DNA from: Gracilinanus agilis | Taxonomy: Eukaryota | Assembly: GCF_016433145.1 (NCBI RefSeq) | Contig: NC_058134.1 | Location: 207,503,156-207,567,155, forward strand | DNA: 64,000 nt | Direction of reading: 5' to 3' | Shown: positions 24,111-38,222 of the stretch, in pieces | How positions within the stretch are numbered: position 1 is the first letter of the stretch | How the letters are laid out: every line of letters starts with the position of its first letter | Position numbers and translations under genes: made by a program | Notes under the pieces: model-generated | Databases searched by the model: none | What the model saw: only the letters and a program-made list of their open reading frames with translations | What the model was told of the DNA's origin: nothing

Positions 24111-25185
24111 CAGTTTCTTTCTCTGGATCGTTATTCATAAAATGTTCCCTGACTATACCCAAAAGTATCTTGGGCCTTCTTCCTTTCTGTCCTCATCATT
24201 TCACATGAGTTTACTTATTACCCTTATGCTGATTCCTCTCAGTCTATATTTCTAATCCTCTCCAGAGCTTTAGTTCCACATCATTAATAGACTACTTGAT
24301 ATTTTGAAGGCAGTTAAACACTGGGAATTTAAAGGAGAGCAACAACAATGGTCTCTGCCTTCTAAGAGCTCTGGCTATCCTGTGCACATATCAAATTCAA
24401 CAAGTTCAAAAATTGAACTCATTTTTTTTCTCTGAATTTCTCTTTCTGCAGAAGAGCGCCACAATCCTTCTAGGCACATGAGTTCATATCTATGTCATTA
24501 TAGACCCATTTACTTTCATTCACCTTCCTAATCTTGTTCTTATTCCTATAACATTTCTGGCTTCCATGCCCTTATCTCAACTCATAGAACTACAACTCTA
24601 ATTCAAGCTTTCATCAGCTCTCATTTAAACTATTTCAATAGCTTCTTAATTGGTCTCCCGGTCTCAAGGCCCTCCTTTTCCCCATCTATTCTTCCCTGAA
24701 CTGCCAAACTGATTTTCCTAATATGCATATCTGATGTCACTTACCTACTCAACAGAATATATATGATCTCGGAGAGCAACTATAAAGTCCTCTGTGTGAT
24801 ACTTAAAACCCTTCATAACCTGGTCTCAGCTTGCCTTTCTAAACTTAATGCACAACATTCCCTTCTATACATAATGGAGTCCAACCAAATCGGTCTCTTG
24901 CTGGCTCTTCATACATGACATTCTATCTCCTACTTCATGCCAGATATACTATTCACTTCCATCTCTTAGAAGCCAAAGTTTAGCATATGTACCAACTTTT
25001 CCATAAAGTCTTTCCTAATTGGCCTTATCCACCATCACCTCCCAGCAAATTTCCTCCTCCTGTATTTATTTACATGTAGTTGTTATTTCCCCTTTTATAA
25101 TGCAAATTCCTTTAGGGCAGAGACTGTTTCTACTTGGTCTCTATATCCTCAGGGCCTAGCACAGTACTTACCACATAATAGAAAC
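24110..25185 (+). mobile_element. L2 ORF2 3' part and 3' terminus
   Basis: Pyrimidine-rich L2 sense sequence ending in cagggcctagcacagtacttaccacataatagaaacttattaaa. Confidence 0.75.
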
Positions 25186-25289
25186 TTATTAAATTCATAT
25201 TGATTGATTTAATATTAAAATTTCCTGGTGAAGAGCTTCTTCTATCAATGAGGATGGGCCCATTTTTGCAACATAGATTTGGTCTAGGG

Positions 25290-25503
25290 CAGTGATGGGC
25301 AAACTTTTTAAAGAGGGGGCCAAAGGAAAGGAAATGTTCATCTGTCAGTCTGTTTCTAAGGCAACTCTTACAAAGTTTCATTGTATTGTATCCTACTCAT
25401 TGTATTTGTCAGATTAGGAATAATGTTGAGTGGCTGAATAGAACATTTCAGTTCCCCCTACCCCCCACAATCTGGCCCAAGGGCCCTCGTTTGCCCATCA
25501 CTG
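25290..25503. mobile_element. hAT-Charlie MITE (214 bp)
   Basis: Perfect TIRs cagtgatgggcaaac and gtttgcccatcactg. TSD gtctaggg (25282-25289) and gtctagag (25504-25511). Confidence 0.92.
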
Positions 25504-25659
25504 GTCTAGAGTACTAAATTACTTGACCAAGGTTACAGAATTAGTAGCCAATGTCAGGTATACTTGAACCCAAGTTTTATTGACTTCAAGACCAACTCTC
25601 TATAGACTTGTTGCCTTTTTGGGATTCTCTAAGGGATTTTTAAAATCTGAAATGTTTGG

Positions 25660-26205
25660 ACATATACACCAAAATATTTATGACAATGTTTTTTGTGGTA
25701 GCAAAGAACTAGAAGCAAAGTAGATGCCTGTTAATTGGTGAATAGCTAAATAAATTGTGGCACATGAATGTAATGGAATATTAATGTGCTATAAGAAATG
25801 ACAAATAGGATGACTATAGTGAAATTTGGAAAGATTTACATGAATTGATGCCAAATGAAGTAAGAAGAGCTAAGAAAAAATATACACAACGATAACAATG
25901 TAAATAGAAAGAACTACTATATTAGTAATGGATAATGAATGCCACAAAGTTACAAAAAACAGACTAGGTCCCAAAGAAGAAAAATAAGAAACCACCTCCT
26001 AATTTCTTGGCAGAGGTGGGGAGATCAAAAGGTATGGAACATAACATGTCAGATTTTTTTTGGATGTACTGATCAGATTAAAATTTTTTTAATCTTTCTT
26101 TTTCTTAAAATCCTTTGTTATACGGAATGATTCTCTTGAAGGAAGAAAAGGGATAGAGAGAAATTTAGGTGACTAAAAAAAGATATCAATAAATATTTAT
26201 TTTAA
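25660..26205 (+). mobile_element. Old L1 3' end (ORF2 C-terminus and 3'UTR)
   Basis: Contains aaaatatttatgacaatgttttttgtggtagcaaagaactag...aaattgtggcacatgaatgtaatggaatatt. Confidence 0.8.
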
Positions 26206-28727
26206 AATGTAAATAGTTACTTGGATTTGTTGTCCTCTGTCTTTCTCTTTTCACTATTGTATTATATACTTGATGCACTATTGCTTCAAGATTTGTACTG
26301 AATTTGGATTGCTAATTTACTTACTCCTTATTTCACATGAATTCAAGTAAGCACACTTAAATGATTCCTATACAATGGTATAGATCCTATCTGGTATGAA
26401 AAATATTCCAAGGGAGAATGTTAAGTCAGGCATTTGCAGTAACTATTCACTTTCATGCCTCTCTCTTAACACTAAGCAACCTGGAAAAATGCAAATCAAT
26501 TCTCAATTATCTACAGGTAGACAAATTAGTTTTGAATTTCTTCCTAATATGACTAAATAGGATAGGTAACAAAATTCTATGCTCACAAAATTTGAGATCT
26601 CTTTATTTTTATTCCTTCATGCAGCATGAAGGCCCAACTGAAGGTCTTTAAAGCCAAAACATGGAACTCTACCGTAACTCTACCAACAAAATGAAGGGTG
26701 AATTAAACAGTTCAGTTCATGTTGTTGCTTTTTATTCATTTATGAAATGATACTGTCTATTTTAGCACATAGTAGGGAACAAAAAGAATTCTAAGCAAGG
26801 GGCCCCTGAGGAAAGCTGTACTACCTTATTCCTTCTTTGTCTTTACAATATGATGACATTACTTCTAAAGTGTAAATTCCTACAACAGATAACAATATGG
26901 GACAAATCTATATTCATACAGGAATAGGGCCTGGATTTGTGATTTTGTGGGTATGGAGAACTCCTGAGGGAGAAAAATCCTTCTTCTAATTCAGGTCAGC
27001 ATCTTCTCTGCAACATAATGTCTTAGAGAGTTTAAAGAACACTGAGAGTTAAATGACTCCCAGAATCCTACAACCCACTTGTGTCAGAGGCAAGGCCCTG
27101 AACCTTGGTTTCAAGACTAGCTTTCTATCTACTTCCCCACACTGACTCTAGACAGAGATATAACAACACTAAAGTCAAATAGAAACAATTTTTGAATTAC
27201 TAAATTTATTATTAATCATTTAACAAATGACATAGGGCAATTAATGCTATAAGTTAGATACATGTGATATGTAGTAAAAAAAAAAAAAAAAAGGCAACCC
27301 AAAAAACAAGACCCTGGACTTAAGGATGAGGGATAGATAAGAAAAATATTTGTTAGAATATTAAAAAAGGCTATTTGCAAGTCCAATAAACATGTAAACG
27401 ATTTTCTATAATATGCATGTGTGTCTGTGTTTACATTTGTCACATATATACACATGTACATCAGTATTTTCTTATTCTTTATAAATAACTTTGCTGCTGA
27501 TTCATAACTGTTCTCCTGGGTTGCCCAATGGTCAAAATAGCTTGTTAAAAGAGATAGAATAGCTTAAGAATAAAAAAGGAGAAAGACTATTTGGTTGGAG
27601 ATAATTACCTGAATTAAAATTTGACCAGGTTTGTTCAGTTAACTGATACTGCTTTAATAGTATGCTTGACAAGCTCCAAAATCCTTAATAATAATTAAAA
27701 AAACTTTTTGGATTTTTTTTCACTTATTACATATTCCAAAGACAGTATGCTATCAATATAGGCTCTCTATGCTGACTACCATAGTGATGCTTGGCCATTA
27801 GTGATAAACCAGGAAGAAGTGTCATTTGCAAAAAACAATAATTCCATATTCTGTAATAAATATATGTTTCCTAAGCAAGAATTCTCCTGGCCCAGACTAG
27901 TTAGATCTCTGACGAGATCACAGCATAAAATGATATAATTGCCAAAAACTTACACCATAATATCTAAATTGTCTTTTTTCTAATTTTTTTCAAGGAAGAG
28001 GTTATTCCCTTAATTAGGCATGCAGTAAGAAGTCAGATCTGTGCTTCAGAATATCATTTTAGTACCTGTGTGGAAAATGGATTGGGGAGGGAATAGTGGA
28101 GAGGGAGAATAACTAGGATCCTATTTCAACAGGCCAAGTGGGAGAGGATGAAAGAAGGGTTAGAGTTGTGGAGAATCTATGAGCTGAAAGAAGGGGAAAG
28201 ATATGAGAAAGACTTGGATTAGTAGAAAGTCTTAATAAATTATTAGATATGGGGGAATGTGAAAAGATGAGGAGTTAAGGATGACAATAAGATTTAGTCT
28301 TTTTGATTATCCTTTTCATCAAATCTTGTATGATCTCAACAGATGCATGAGAAATTACTTGTTGGAGAACCTTTAAAGCTGTGTTTTGCTCTGTTGTGTC
28401 AAATGCTTTTTTAAAAATTTGCTTTATTATTATTTTGTAACTGGCAAACACAACCTGGTCTATTCATTGTGAGTAAAGATGTGAAAAACATTTGCTAAAG
28501 GCTACTTGTTTCCTTCTGATATTTTCATTGAGGTAATTCTTGATACACATGTATAGCATTCTAATAAACATTCTACAAAGATGATAAAACAAATTAGGTA
28601 GGCATTTCCTAAGCCAACTAATGCTGACCATCTGAGGCAGCAAAGGCTTCCATATATAGTGCAATTTAAAACAAACATTAGAATGTTAGAAGAAACAACG
28701 ACCCAGTGCATATAGAGAATTACTCAC

Positions 28728-28855
28728 ATCTGGCATTCCTATATAGAAGAAATGGGTCCTGAAGTTGGAAATCCAGGTCTTTAGTGATGGGTTCTGTCCT
28801 ATTTTCCATGCTCAACCTATTCATAATTGTGAATCCATGCTTGGGAGAAGCTGAC
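28728..28855 (-). CDS. DCP1B: DCP1B coding exon 3 (128 nt; SASPKHGFTIMNRLSMENRTEPITKDLDFQLQDPFLLYRNAR)
   Basis: tttcag acceptor and GTGAGT donor. Frame is continuous with exon 2. EVH1 core sequence. Confidence 0.98.
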
Positions 28856-28912
28856 CTGAAATCACCAGAAGAAAAAGCTGTTCAAAAGTTGCTATAGTAC
28901 AGTTTTATTTTG

Positions 28913-29138
28913 ACAAATCATTAACTTTTTGCTTCAATTCATGTAACCATCTTCAGCCTATGGATCTCTTCTCAGAATCATGTTTTCAACTGCATAAAAT
29001 AACATATATAAGATTACAAAGAAAATCAATTATGTTGAAAAAATGGGGTAATTTGTTCCCACCCAACTTTATAGACCTCTGAAATCTATCTACAGGCCCC
29101 AAGAGGTCCAGAGATGCCAAATTAAGAAATCATGCTTT
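28913..29138. mobile_element. Degenerate Charlie4/MER80-like hAT MITE just upstream of the DCP1B exon 3 acceptor
   Basis: Internal agcctatggatctcttctcagaatcatgtttt...gattacaaagaaaatcaattatgttgaaa matches the recalled consensus. Termini are decayed. Confidence 0.55.
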
Positions 29139-30204
29139 AGATACTTTTTTCCTTTACTAGTATTTCTTTGTCTGTACAAATATAAAGTGACATTTTATAA
29201 CTCTTGGGGGTTATGCTCAAATACATCTGTAATGTAAGGACTCACTTTTTATGCCCCTCATTTGGCAATTAATACTTTCCCTTGAAAATACTCTTGTATC
29301 ATTTAAATTTATACATATATGTCCTGCCTCCCTGTCTATTATCCCAATATAATATTTTTGTGAAGATAATCTACTCATGTAACAGTTGAGTTTCATATAC
29401 AATCCTCTTTTCTATTACTCTTTATATGCTGAAATGCTGATATTTGTTACATTCATAACAAAAGGGAAAATTTATAAAATCTATAGATATGTTTGGGGGC
29501 ATTATTGATGAAGGCATGAAAAAGGAACAAGAAGGTTTTCATAAATGATATTTCATAGCAGACCTATTTTACCCACAAAAGGCTGACTGAAAGATGTAGA
29601 AAAACCAATATTCCACTATGCTTATTTATGTTGATTATGAGGTATGTCTTAAGCACATTTCAAATGATGCAAGATTCCTTGAAACTATACAACAAAAATA
29701 TCCTGATTTCATAACTTTGTGATCTTTAGGCACAAAGCATAAAAGCATATGCTCACCAAAGAACTAAAGTGATACAGGTGATTTGGTACAGAGTCCAAGG
29801 GAAAAAAAAAGATACCATATAATGAAGTCTTCTAGATGCTACCATTTACAAATTATATTTTGCAAAGAAAAACCGCAGAGAATCCTGCACAAATTCAATA
29901 ACCATTCAAACAAGTTCATCTTAACTATCTACACTGGGACAACCAAATAGATGAATACAGCTGGGTTCTGATTAGTGCAAATAAAGAATTCCCCTGAAAA
30001 CGGCTGCATGATTTGAATATGTACTACATATTTCCTTTGAGCTGGAACCAATGGCCATAGTTTACATAATTTTAACTTCAAGTAATTCAAATTCAAATAC
30101 AAGTGATCTATACAGAAGATTTCTGATTTGTACTAATCAGGCAGAAACATCTATCGTCCTGATTATGATATGCAGTTGGATTGACAATCTCAAGTATATA
30201 TCTA

Positions 30205-30400
30205 GGGGGCAGCTGGGTAGCTCAATGGATTGAGAATCAGGCCTAGAGACAGGAGGTCCTAGTTCAAAGCCAGCCTCAGACACTTCCCAGCTGTGTGACC
30301 CTGGGCAAGTCACTTGACCCCCACTGCCCACCCTTACCACTCTTCCACCTATGAGCCAATACACAGAAGTTAAGAGTTTAAAAATAAATAAAATAAAATA
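30205..30400 (+). mobile_element. SINE1_Mdo-type SINE
   Basis: TSD aagtatatatcta (30192-30204) and aagtatttatcta (30401-30413). A-rich tail. Confidence 0.92.
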
Positions 30401-31059
30401 AAGTATTTATCTATCAGTATAAGTATGTATGTGTTTATTATACAATCACTGCAAGCAGAAAATGAAGTGGTCTCAGAATTTAAGAGGAAGGAGAGAACAG
30501 GATCAGCTGCCTTTCAGAAATTACTCCTCTATGAAATAGTTACCCATATTTTTAATATCAATATCTTCTGGCACTGACTTGTGGAATGCCATAGCTACCA
30601 AGGTGAAATTGAGAATCACTCAAAAAGTAACAGAAAGAAGCATAGTAGCCATGAGTAGGCTGTAACAAATGGCAAACAAGAAGTAGAATTACATCATCAT
30701 AAAAAATGTTTTAAAGAAAAAGAAAACTGGATGATAAATAAGTAAGAATGAGAGAAAAACCAACGGACAGTCTATGTACTATATTGTTATCCTCATAATG
30801 TCAGAAGGAAGTGAGGAAAGTTCCCAATACACTATCTGCCAGTGAACATATAAAAAGACATGACACACAGTATAGGTAAGCTAGAATGGGTTCTGATCTT
30901 CATTACTCAGGGTATGAGAGAATACTCACATCAATAAAATCACAGATACATTTGACAATTCTGTTTCTTAAATTCTTAAATTAAATTAAATTCTAATTCT
31001 TAAATTAAATTTTTTTTAAGTACAAGGACACTTTTTTTGTACCTCAAGAATGCTTAGCA

Positions 31060-33131
31060 TAAATTAGAGAAGAAAAAGAAATTGAAGGGATTAAAGTAGG
31101 CAATGAAAAAACTAAACTAACACTCTTTGCAGAAGATATGATGGTATACTTAGAGAATCCTACAAAATCAACTAAAAAACTAGTGGAAATAATAACTTTA
31201 GCAAAGTTGCAGGATACAAAATAAACCCACATAAATCATTAGTGTTTCTATATGCTTCCAACAAAACTCAGCAGCAAGAGTTACACAGAGAAACTCTATT
31301 TAAAACTCAGGAATTATATGAATGCTACTATAAAACACTTCACACAATTAAAACTAGATCTAAACAATTGGAAAAACATTTAATTGCTCATGGGTAGGAC
31401 GATCTAATATAATAAAAATGACAATCCTACTTAAATTAATTTACTTATTCAGTGCCATACATATCAAATTATTACCAAAAAACTTTTTTATAGAATTAGA
31501 AAAATAACAAAGTTCATTTGGAAGTACAAAAGATCAAGAATATCAAGGGAACTAATGAAAAATAAAGTAAAAAATGGAGGCTTAGCAGTACCAAATCTTA
31601 AACTGTACTATAAAGCAGTGATCATCAAAATGATATGGTACTGGCTAAGAAATAGAAGGGTGGATCAATGGAATAGACTTGGGGTAAATGACCAGAGCAA
31701 GCTATGTTCGATAAACTCAAAGATCCCAGCTTTTGGCATAAGAATCCACTATTCAATAAAAACTGCTAGGAAAACTGGAAAATAGTATAAGAAAAATTAG
31801 GTTTAGATCAATATCTCACGCCCTATACCATGATAGATTCAAAATGGGTAAATGACTTAACTACAAAGAGGGAAATTATAAGTAAATTAGTGAGCATAGA
31901 ATAGTATACCTATCAAATCCATGGGAAAGGGAAGAATTGAAGACCAAGCAAGAGAATGAGATTATAAGATATAAAATGAATAATTTTGATTATATTAAAT
32001 TTAAAAAGTCTTTGTACAAACAAAACCAATTCAACCAAAATTAAAAAGGAAGCAACAAACTGTTAAAAATTTTTATAAAAAATCTGACAAAGGTCTAATT
32101 TCTCAAATATATAAGAAACTATGTCAAATGTACAAGAAATCAAGCCATTCCCCAACTGACAAATGGTCAAGGGATATGAATATGTAGTTTTCAGATGAAG
32201 AAATCAAAACAATCAGCAATCACATGAAAAAGTGTTCTAAATCCTTCCTGATTAAAGAAAGGCACATCAAAACAATTCTGAGGTACTACCACACACTTAG
32301 CAGATTGGTCAATATGACAGTAAAGGAAAATAATAAATGTTGGAGGGGATGTGGCAAAATTGGAACACTGGTACATTGCTGGTGGAGTTGTGAATTGATC
32401 CAATGATTCTGGAAGGCAATTTGGAATTATGCCCAAAGGGCTTTAAAAGAACGTATATCCTTTAATCTAGCAATACCACTAATAGGTGTGTATCTCAAAG
32501 AGATAAAAAATGTTTACACAAAAATATTTATAGGTGCACTCTTTGTAGTGGCAAAAAATTGGAAAATAAGAGGCCCCTTAGTTGGGTAATGGCTGAACAA
32601 ATTATGGTATATGATTGTGAAGGAATACTACTGTGCTATAAGGAATGATGAATTGCTTGATTTCTATAAAATCTGGGAAGACCTCTATGAACTGATGTGG
32701 AATGAAACGAGAAGAACCATGAGAACACTGTACACAATAATTGAAACATTATGGGATGATCAAACGTAATACATCTAGCTACTAATAGCCATGCAATGAT
32801 CCAGGGCAGCCCTGAGGGACTTATGAGAAAGAATACTACCCACATCAAGAGAAAGAACTGTGGGAATAGAAATGCAGAAGAAAAACATAGGATTTATCAC
32901 TTATTTATATGGATATTTGATCTGGGATTTTGATTTTTAAAAGATTACTCTATTACAAAAATGAATAACATGGAAATAGGTATTGAGGAATAATACATGT
33001 ATAACCCAGTGGAATTGCTTGTCAGCAATGGGGTTGGGGGTTGGGGAAGAGGGGAGAGAGAGAACATGAATCATGTAACCATGGAAAAATACTTAAAAAA
33101 ATAAAATTTAAATTAAATTAAATTTTAAAAA
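31060..33131 (+). mobile_element. 5'-truncated L1 (ORF2 RT/C-terminal part and 3'UTR) with perfect 14-bp TSD, inserted in an L2 3' terminus
   Basis: TSD aagaatgcttagca at 31046-31059 and 33132-33145. ORF2 remnants include TLFAEDMMVYLENP and [21 protein letters not shown]. Confidence 0.95.
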
Positions 33132-33706
33132 AAGAATGCTTAGCACAGTGACTTGACAATAATAGTCATTAAATTAAGTATCTGTGGATTGCTTTGTTAC
33201 CATACAGTATATACTAGCCATCATTTGAGAAGTTGTTGACAAAAATTTAAGGGTTTGATTAAAATTGAAAGATGTGAAATTTTTTTGAGGAACGATAAAC
33301 AGGTCAGTGAATTTGCCAATGAGAATTATAAAATTAAAAGAGTAAGTAAACTAACTGAAATACATTAGGAACCAAATTTCCCACAATAAAGAGAAATCTG
33401 AGTTACTTGAAAAGGTGATTATATATGTTTATCCTGCATTTAGAGGAAGAAGCCAGTAGATAAGGAGAGATTAAAGATTAGAGATGCAATGGGGATAGTA
33501 GTAGGGGTAATCTGCTGGAGAAGAGAGGAAAGGATGAGGTCAAGGGTACATATGAGAATGGTATGTTTTGGCAAGGAGAAGGGACACCTCTTCATTTGAT
33601 ACAAGAATGGGGGAGATAGTAAGAAAAGATGTCTGGCAGATATTAATTTCTATTTTTATATGTTTCATATTACACATAATTATTAGCACAATAGTACAAG
33701 TATATA

Positions 33707-34370
33707 TAGTTGATCTTCATTAAATCATGAATTCCTTATCTGCGAATTCATCTAACTTACTAAAATTTGTAACCTTCAAATCAATGCTCATAGCACTTTT
33801 GCTTCATTCATGGACATGTAGCAAGTAGTAAAAACGTTTGAATCATATGTTATGCATGTTCCCAGCTGAAGTCAAACAAAAAAAGAGCATTCCCTGCCTT
33901 CTTGTTTTAGTGTTCATACTGAAAACAAGTGTCCTTTTCATAGTCTATTTAGTGCTGCCACATTTTTTGCATGTTTGTGCTTTTTGTTGGTGATTTTGCT
34001 GTTTTAAAATGGCCTCCAAGTATAGTGCTAAAGTGCTGTCAAGTATTCCTAAGTGCAAGAAGGCTGTAAGAAGGTGCCTTTTGGAGAAAATAAATGTTAG
34101 ATAAGCTTTGTTTAGGTGTGAATTACAGTGCTACTGGCTGTGAGTTTTAAATTAATAAATCAATAATATGGTATGTCCAGAAAAAGGAAGAGGAAATTCA
34201 CTAATCTGTACATGAGGCAGCTCCATAAAGTGCTAAAATAAATGTTGTGACTTAGAGGCTTGCAGGAACCCAATCCTCTATTTCTCCAAGGAGCAAAGGT
34301 GCAGTATTTACTAATTCAGTGTTCAAGGAGACTACAGAAAGTAGCTACCACAAATGATGAGAATTAATTA
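33707..34370 (+). mobile_element. Tigger5/MER47-related Tc1/mariner deletion derivative with a transposase N-terminal remnant
   Basis: Decayed TIRs flanked by TA. From about 34009 it reads MASKYSAKVLSSIPKCKKAV, resembling a Tigger HTH N-terminus. Confidence 0.75.
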
Positions 34371-37300
34371 TAATTTATAAGTATATAGACATAAATGTAT
34401 TCTGAATGTTGCTCAAAATTATTTTTATTGACAGGGGTTTGGAAACTACTGACCTCAAAAATAAAATCTAACCTCTTTGGCCTGATCTCTGAGATCATTT
34501 ATAATCTGATATCTACCTATTTTTCTAGTCTTTCCCCCGACTACTCTCCTAAAAGAAACCATGGTTCCAACCAAATTTACTACCTTCTGGCACTTGACAG
34601 AATCCTCAACAAATATATTTTCTATCTACCTCTTTGGTTATGTAAGTTTTACCTATCCCTGAAAGTAGAACTTAAATTTCAATTCCTCCAACCCACAATG
34701 AATTATTCTTCTACTTAATTCTATAAAACCTACTTCAAAGGACTTTTGTGAGGATGAAGTGGGATAATCTATGGAAAACACTTAAAAAATTTTCAGTTGT
34801 ACCAATTCAAAATGAACTACTGCTACTATTGTTCTCTATACTACTATTCATTTAACAACATGCTAACTTGTATTCTTAATTTGTCTTTTCATATACATGC
34901 ACTACTTTCCCCTCCCCTACCAACTGGATTGCAAGCTCCTTGAAAACAAAAGAACACTCAATTCAATCCAATAAATATTTAAGTATATGTACTGTATGCA
35001 CAATACTTTTCTAGGCTCTTGGGAAAGAGGCAGAGTTTAGCTAAATCATGATCTGCCTAGATGGAGTTTCTGTAGTCTGGCAAAGGGATGGCACATAAAA
35101 AAGTAACTAATATAAAATGATACAAAAAATGCTATGTGAGATTCAAAGAGGAGAAAAGATCACTGCTGATTATGAGGATAGGAGAAGTGTTTCAGGAAAC
35201 AGTGGTATAAAATTTGGACTTTAAAAGGATGGGTAGAGTTTCAACCAATAGTTGAAAGGAAGGACATGCCAAACACAGTGAACTGCATGGCCAAAGGCAA
35301 AGATATGGGAAAAATCTTGAATGTGGAGAGAGGAGAGTAAATAGTCCAGTTTGGCTAAAGTATAGACTACATGGTAGGAAATAATATAACACCATATTGT
35401 AGTAGGCCTTGAATGCCAAAAAACTTGGAATTTTATTCAGTAGGCAATGGAGAACCATGTAAAACTTTTAAGAAAAGGAATGCCTGAATAAACTATACAT
35501 AATGAAGACAAATCCAGCAACAGTGTGAAGTATATTTTTGAGAGGAGAGAAAGTAGAGGGGAGAAGGCCACTGGGAGGCTATTAAAGCAGTTTATGTGCG
35601 TCTGTATTAGGTGTTGTCAAAAAAAGGAATGTATAAATGCAAGAAATATTATATGGGTAGAATTGGTCAGATTTGACTCCTGATGATATGAGGGTGAAGT
35701 CAAAAGCTAACACTACAGTTTCAACTTGGGAGACTGAGTAAACAGTGGTAATAAGTAAGAAAAAACAAATTTAGGAGGAAGATATTATGCTCCATTTTGG
35801 ATATGACTTTAATAAGACTATGTCTTATACCTCCTCTTTGTATCCTAGAACCTAGAGTAATGCCTTGTATGTTTAGGTGCCTATCAACTATGTGCTAATG
35901 AATTTTATCTGTAACATTCCATAACCATAAGAATACATCTGTTTCTCAGTGCCGCCACCACAATTCAGTTGAATGTGTATATATGTGTGTTGATGAAAGA
36001 TGTGTTCTTTCAGTAACTTCTATAATTTCACCTCAGCAGCATTTCAGATGAAAGAATAAATGCTGAGAGCATTGCCTAAATCCATTCTAAACTTCATTCC
36101 ATCTATGGTGATTTTCAAAAGCATTTCAGTTCTAATGAGGCTATTCTGAAGCATCATAGAGCATTTTTATGCAAAAATTTAGCTTTCATTTTAAATGCTG
36201 ATTGTGGGCTACAGTGTTCTTAATAGTAATAAATAATTACCAAGTAGCATAACCTTATTAATCAGGAAATAGTTGTAAATCTTATATCCTTACAGTAATA
36301 CATTTTAACATTTCCATTTTTCTTTAAAACTGTCAAAAGGATATTTAATTTACATATACATATATACACACATAAATATAAAATGCCAAGCTTTTATTAA
36401 GATTTATATTTTATTTCCAAAATAGTATTCACCAGTATATATGCCAGCAATCAATTAAAAAGTGTTTATTAGGTAGCTGAAATGGAATCAAGGTGGTGAA
36501 GAATTGGCATTTTTGCCTAGCTCTTCCAACACATCTCCTTTACAACAACCTAGAAAACACATCAAAACAAAATCTGATCAGAAAACTCAAGAGAAAGGTC
36601 AGAATGAATCATTTTTCCCTGTTCAGGGCAGCCCCAGCAAGACAACAGAGGGGTCTGTGGACACTGAGGTCACAGCTGGCTAGGAGTTTAGTGTATTGGT
36701 AATAGCAACAGTGGAGGAACCTGGAATAAGCAGTGGGATAGAAAGAGATCAGGGGATCCCTGAACTAATACTGGAAGCAGAAATAGGTGCTATCTAGCAG
36801 CTCTGTTACTATTACCCAGTTTGGAGTCAAAAGTCTGAAAAGAGTGTTTATGTCTGAGCACAGGGCCCTATCTGGGTACTGAGCACCTAATAAATTTCAA
36901 AACTTAGTTCTTAGCCCACCAGTAGAGCAGTCACTCAGTTCTAACTTTTAGCCTAGCACATAAGCCTGGAATGGCCTGAGAACATTCTAGTGTTCAGGGA
37001 CAGAAAGGGAATTGAGAGAAAGCTTCAGGTTAGAAAGAGGTCTCTGAGGACCCCTGAACTGGCACTGGAAGAAGGAATAGCCACCATCTGGCAGTTCTGT
37101 CTGGGTTACAGACTGGGGGAGAGGTACAGATGTTGGTGATAGTTCAAGGAGCAGCCATGACCAAGCTTTAGGCCCCAACTAGAAACTTTGTTATGTGGCT
37201 CTTAGAACAGGATAACTCAGATCTAACTTTTAAGCGTACAGTAAAACTACGGTAGGAGATCAAGACCAAAGAGGAGCCACTAATTCAGTGGCTTTGAACC

Positions 37301-38222
37301 TCTCAGAATCTCACAGCAAGTTAACAGTGCCGGAGTCTAGCAACAATCCACTGAAACTTAACAATACACACCAAACTTACAGAGTTCAAACTAGAAGGAC
37401 TATGAACATCCTCTTGTTTGATTATACCACGTTGGAAGCAATGAAAATATGAAGGTCTCTGGATTAAGCTGTGAAAGAAAAAGAAACTCAGGCCAACAGA
37501 AGTGAGCAGAGTATAACACTAATGTAAAGTCAAAATTCTAAAAATAGGTTGGATGAATGAGTAAAAAAATAAAGAGCAACCATGATGCCAGAGAAGCTCA
37601 CAAACACAAACCAAGAAGGCAACTTGAAAATATCTTTAAGTAAAACCTCAAAGAAAAATGTAGATTAGACACAGACTACCCCCACTAGAATTTCTAGAAG
37701 AATTTAAAGCAAAAGCTAAAGAAAGAGATAAGAAAAAGAACAAAAAATCTTTTAACAAACTGATAAAAGAAAAAATGGAAAAAGAAATGAGAACTAATCA
37801 AGAAAGTGTGAAAAAGAATTAACCATTTGGCAAAAGAGGTATAAAATCTTATTTAAGAAAATAACCTCTTAAAAATATGAATTGGCTAAATAGAATCTAA
37901 TGGATAGAGAACTCCATGACATCTCAAAAAATAACAAAATAGTTAAAAAATTCAAAAAATAAAGGAAAATATAAAATATCTTATAGGGAAAACAACTGAT
38001 GTGGAAAATAGATTGAGAAGAGATATAAGAATCATTGGTCTGAAAGTCATGATCAAAAGAAAAGTCCAGAATCAGATTTTAAGAATTATAAAGGAAAACT
38101 GCCCAGATATTTTAGAACCAGAGGGCAAAATAGAAACTGAAAGGATTTAACAGTCACTTCCTGATAGAAATCCCCAAGTGAAAATTCCCAAGAATATTGT
38201 AGCTAAAACCCAGAACTCCCAG

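Noticed and set aside
26218-26320. Open minus-strand frame QSKFSTNLEAIVHQVYNTIVKRERQRTTNP ending at a gtaact donor-like site
   Set aside because: No polypyrimidine acceptor and no homology. Probably chance.
29500-29592. Possible C/D box snoRNA (TGATGA...CTGA)
   Set aside because: Box C lacks the leading purine, there is no terminal stem and no recognisable guide.
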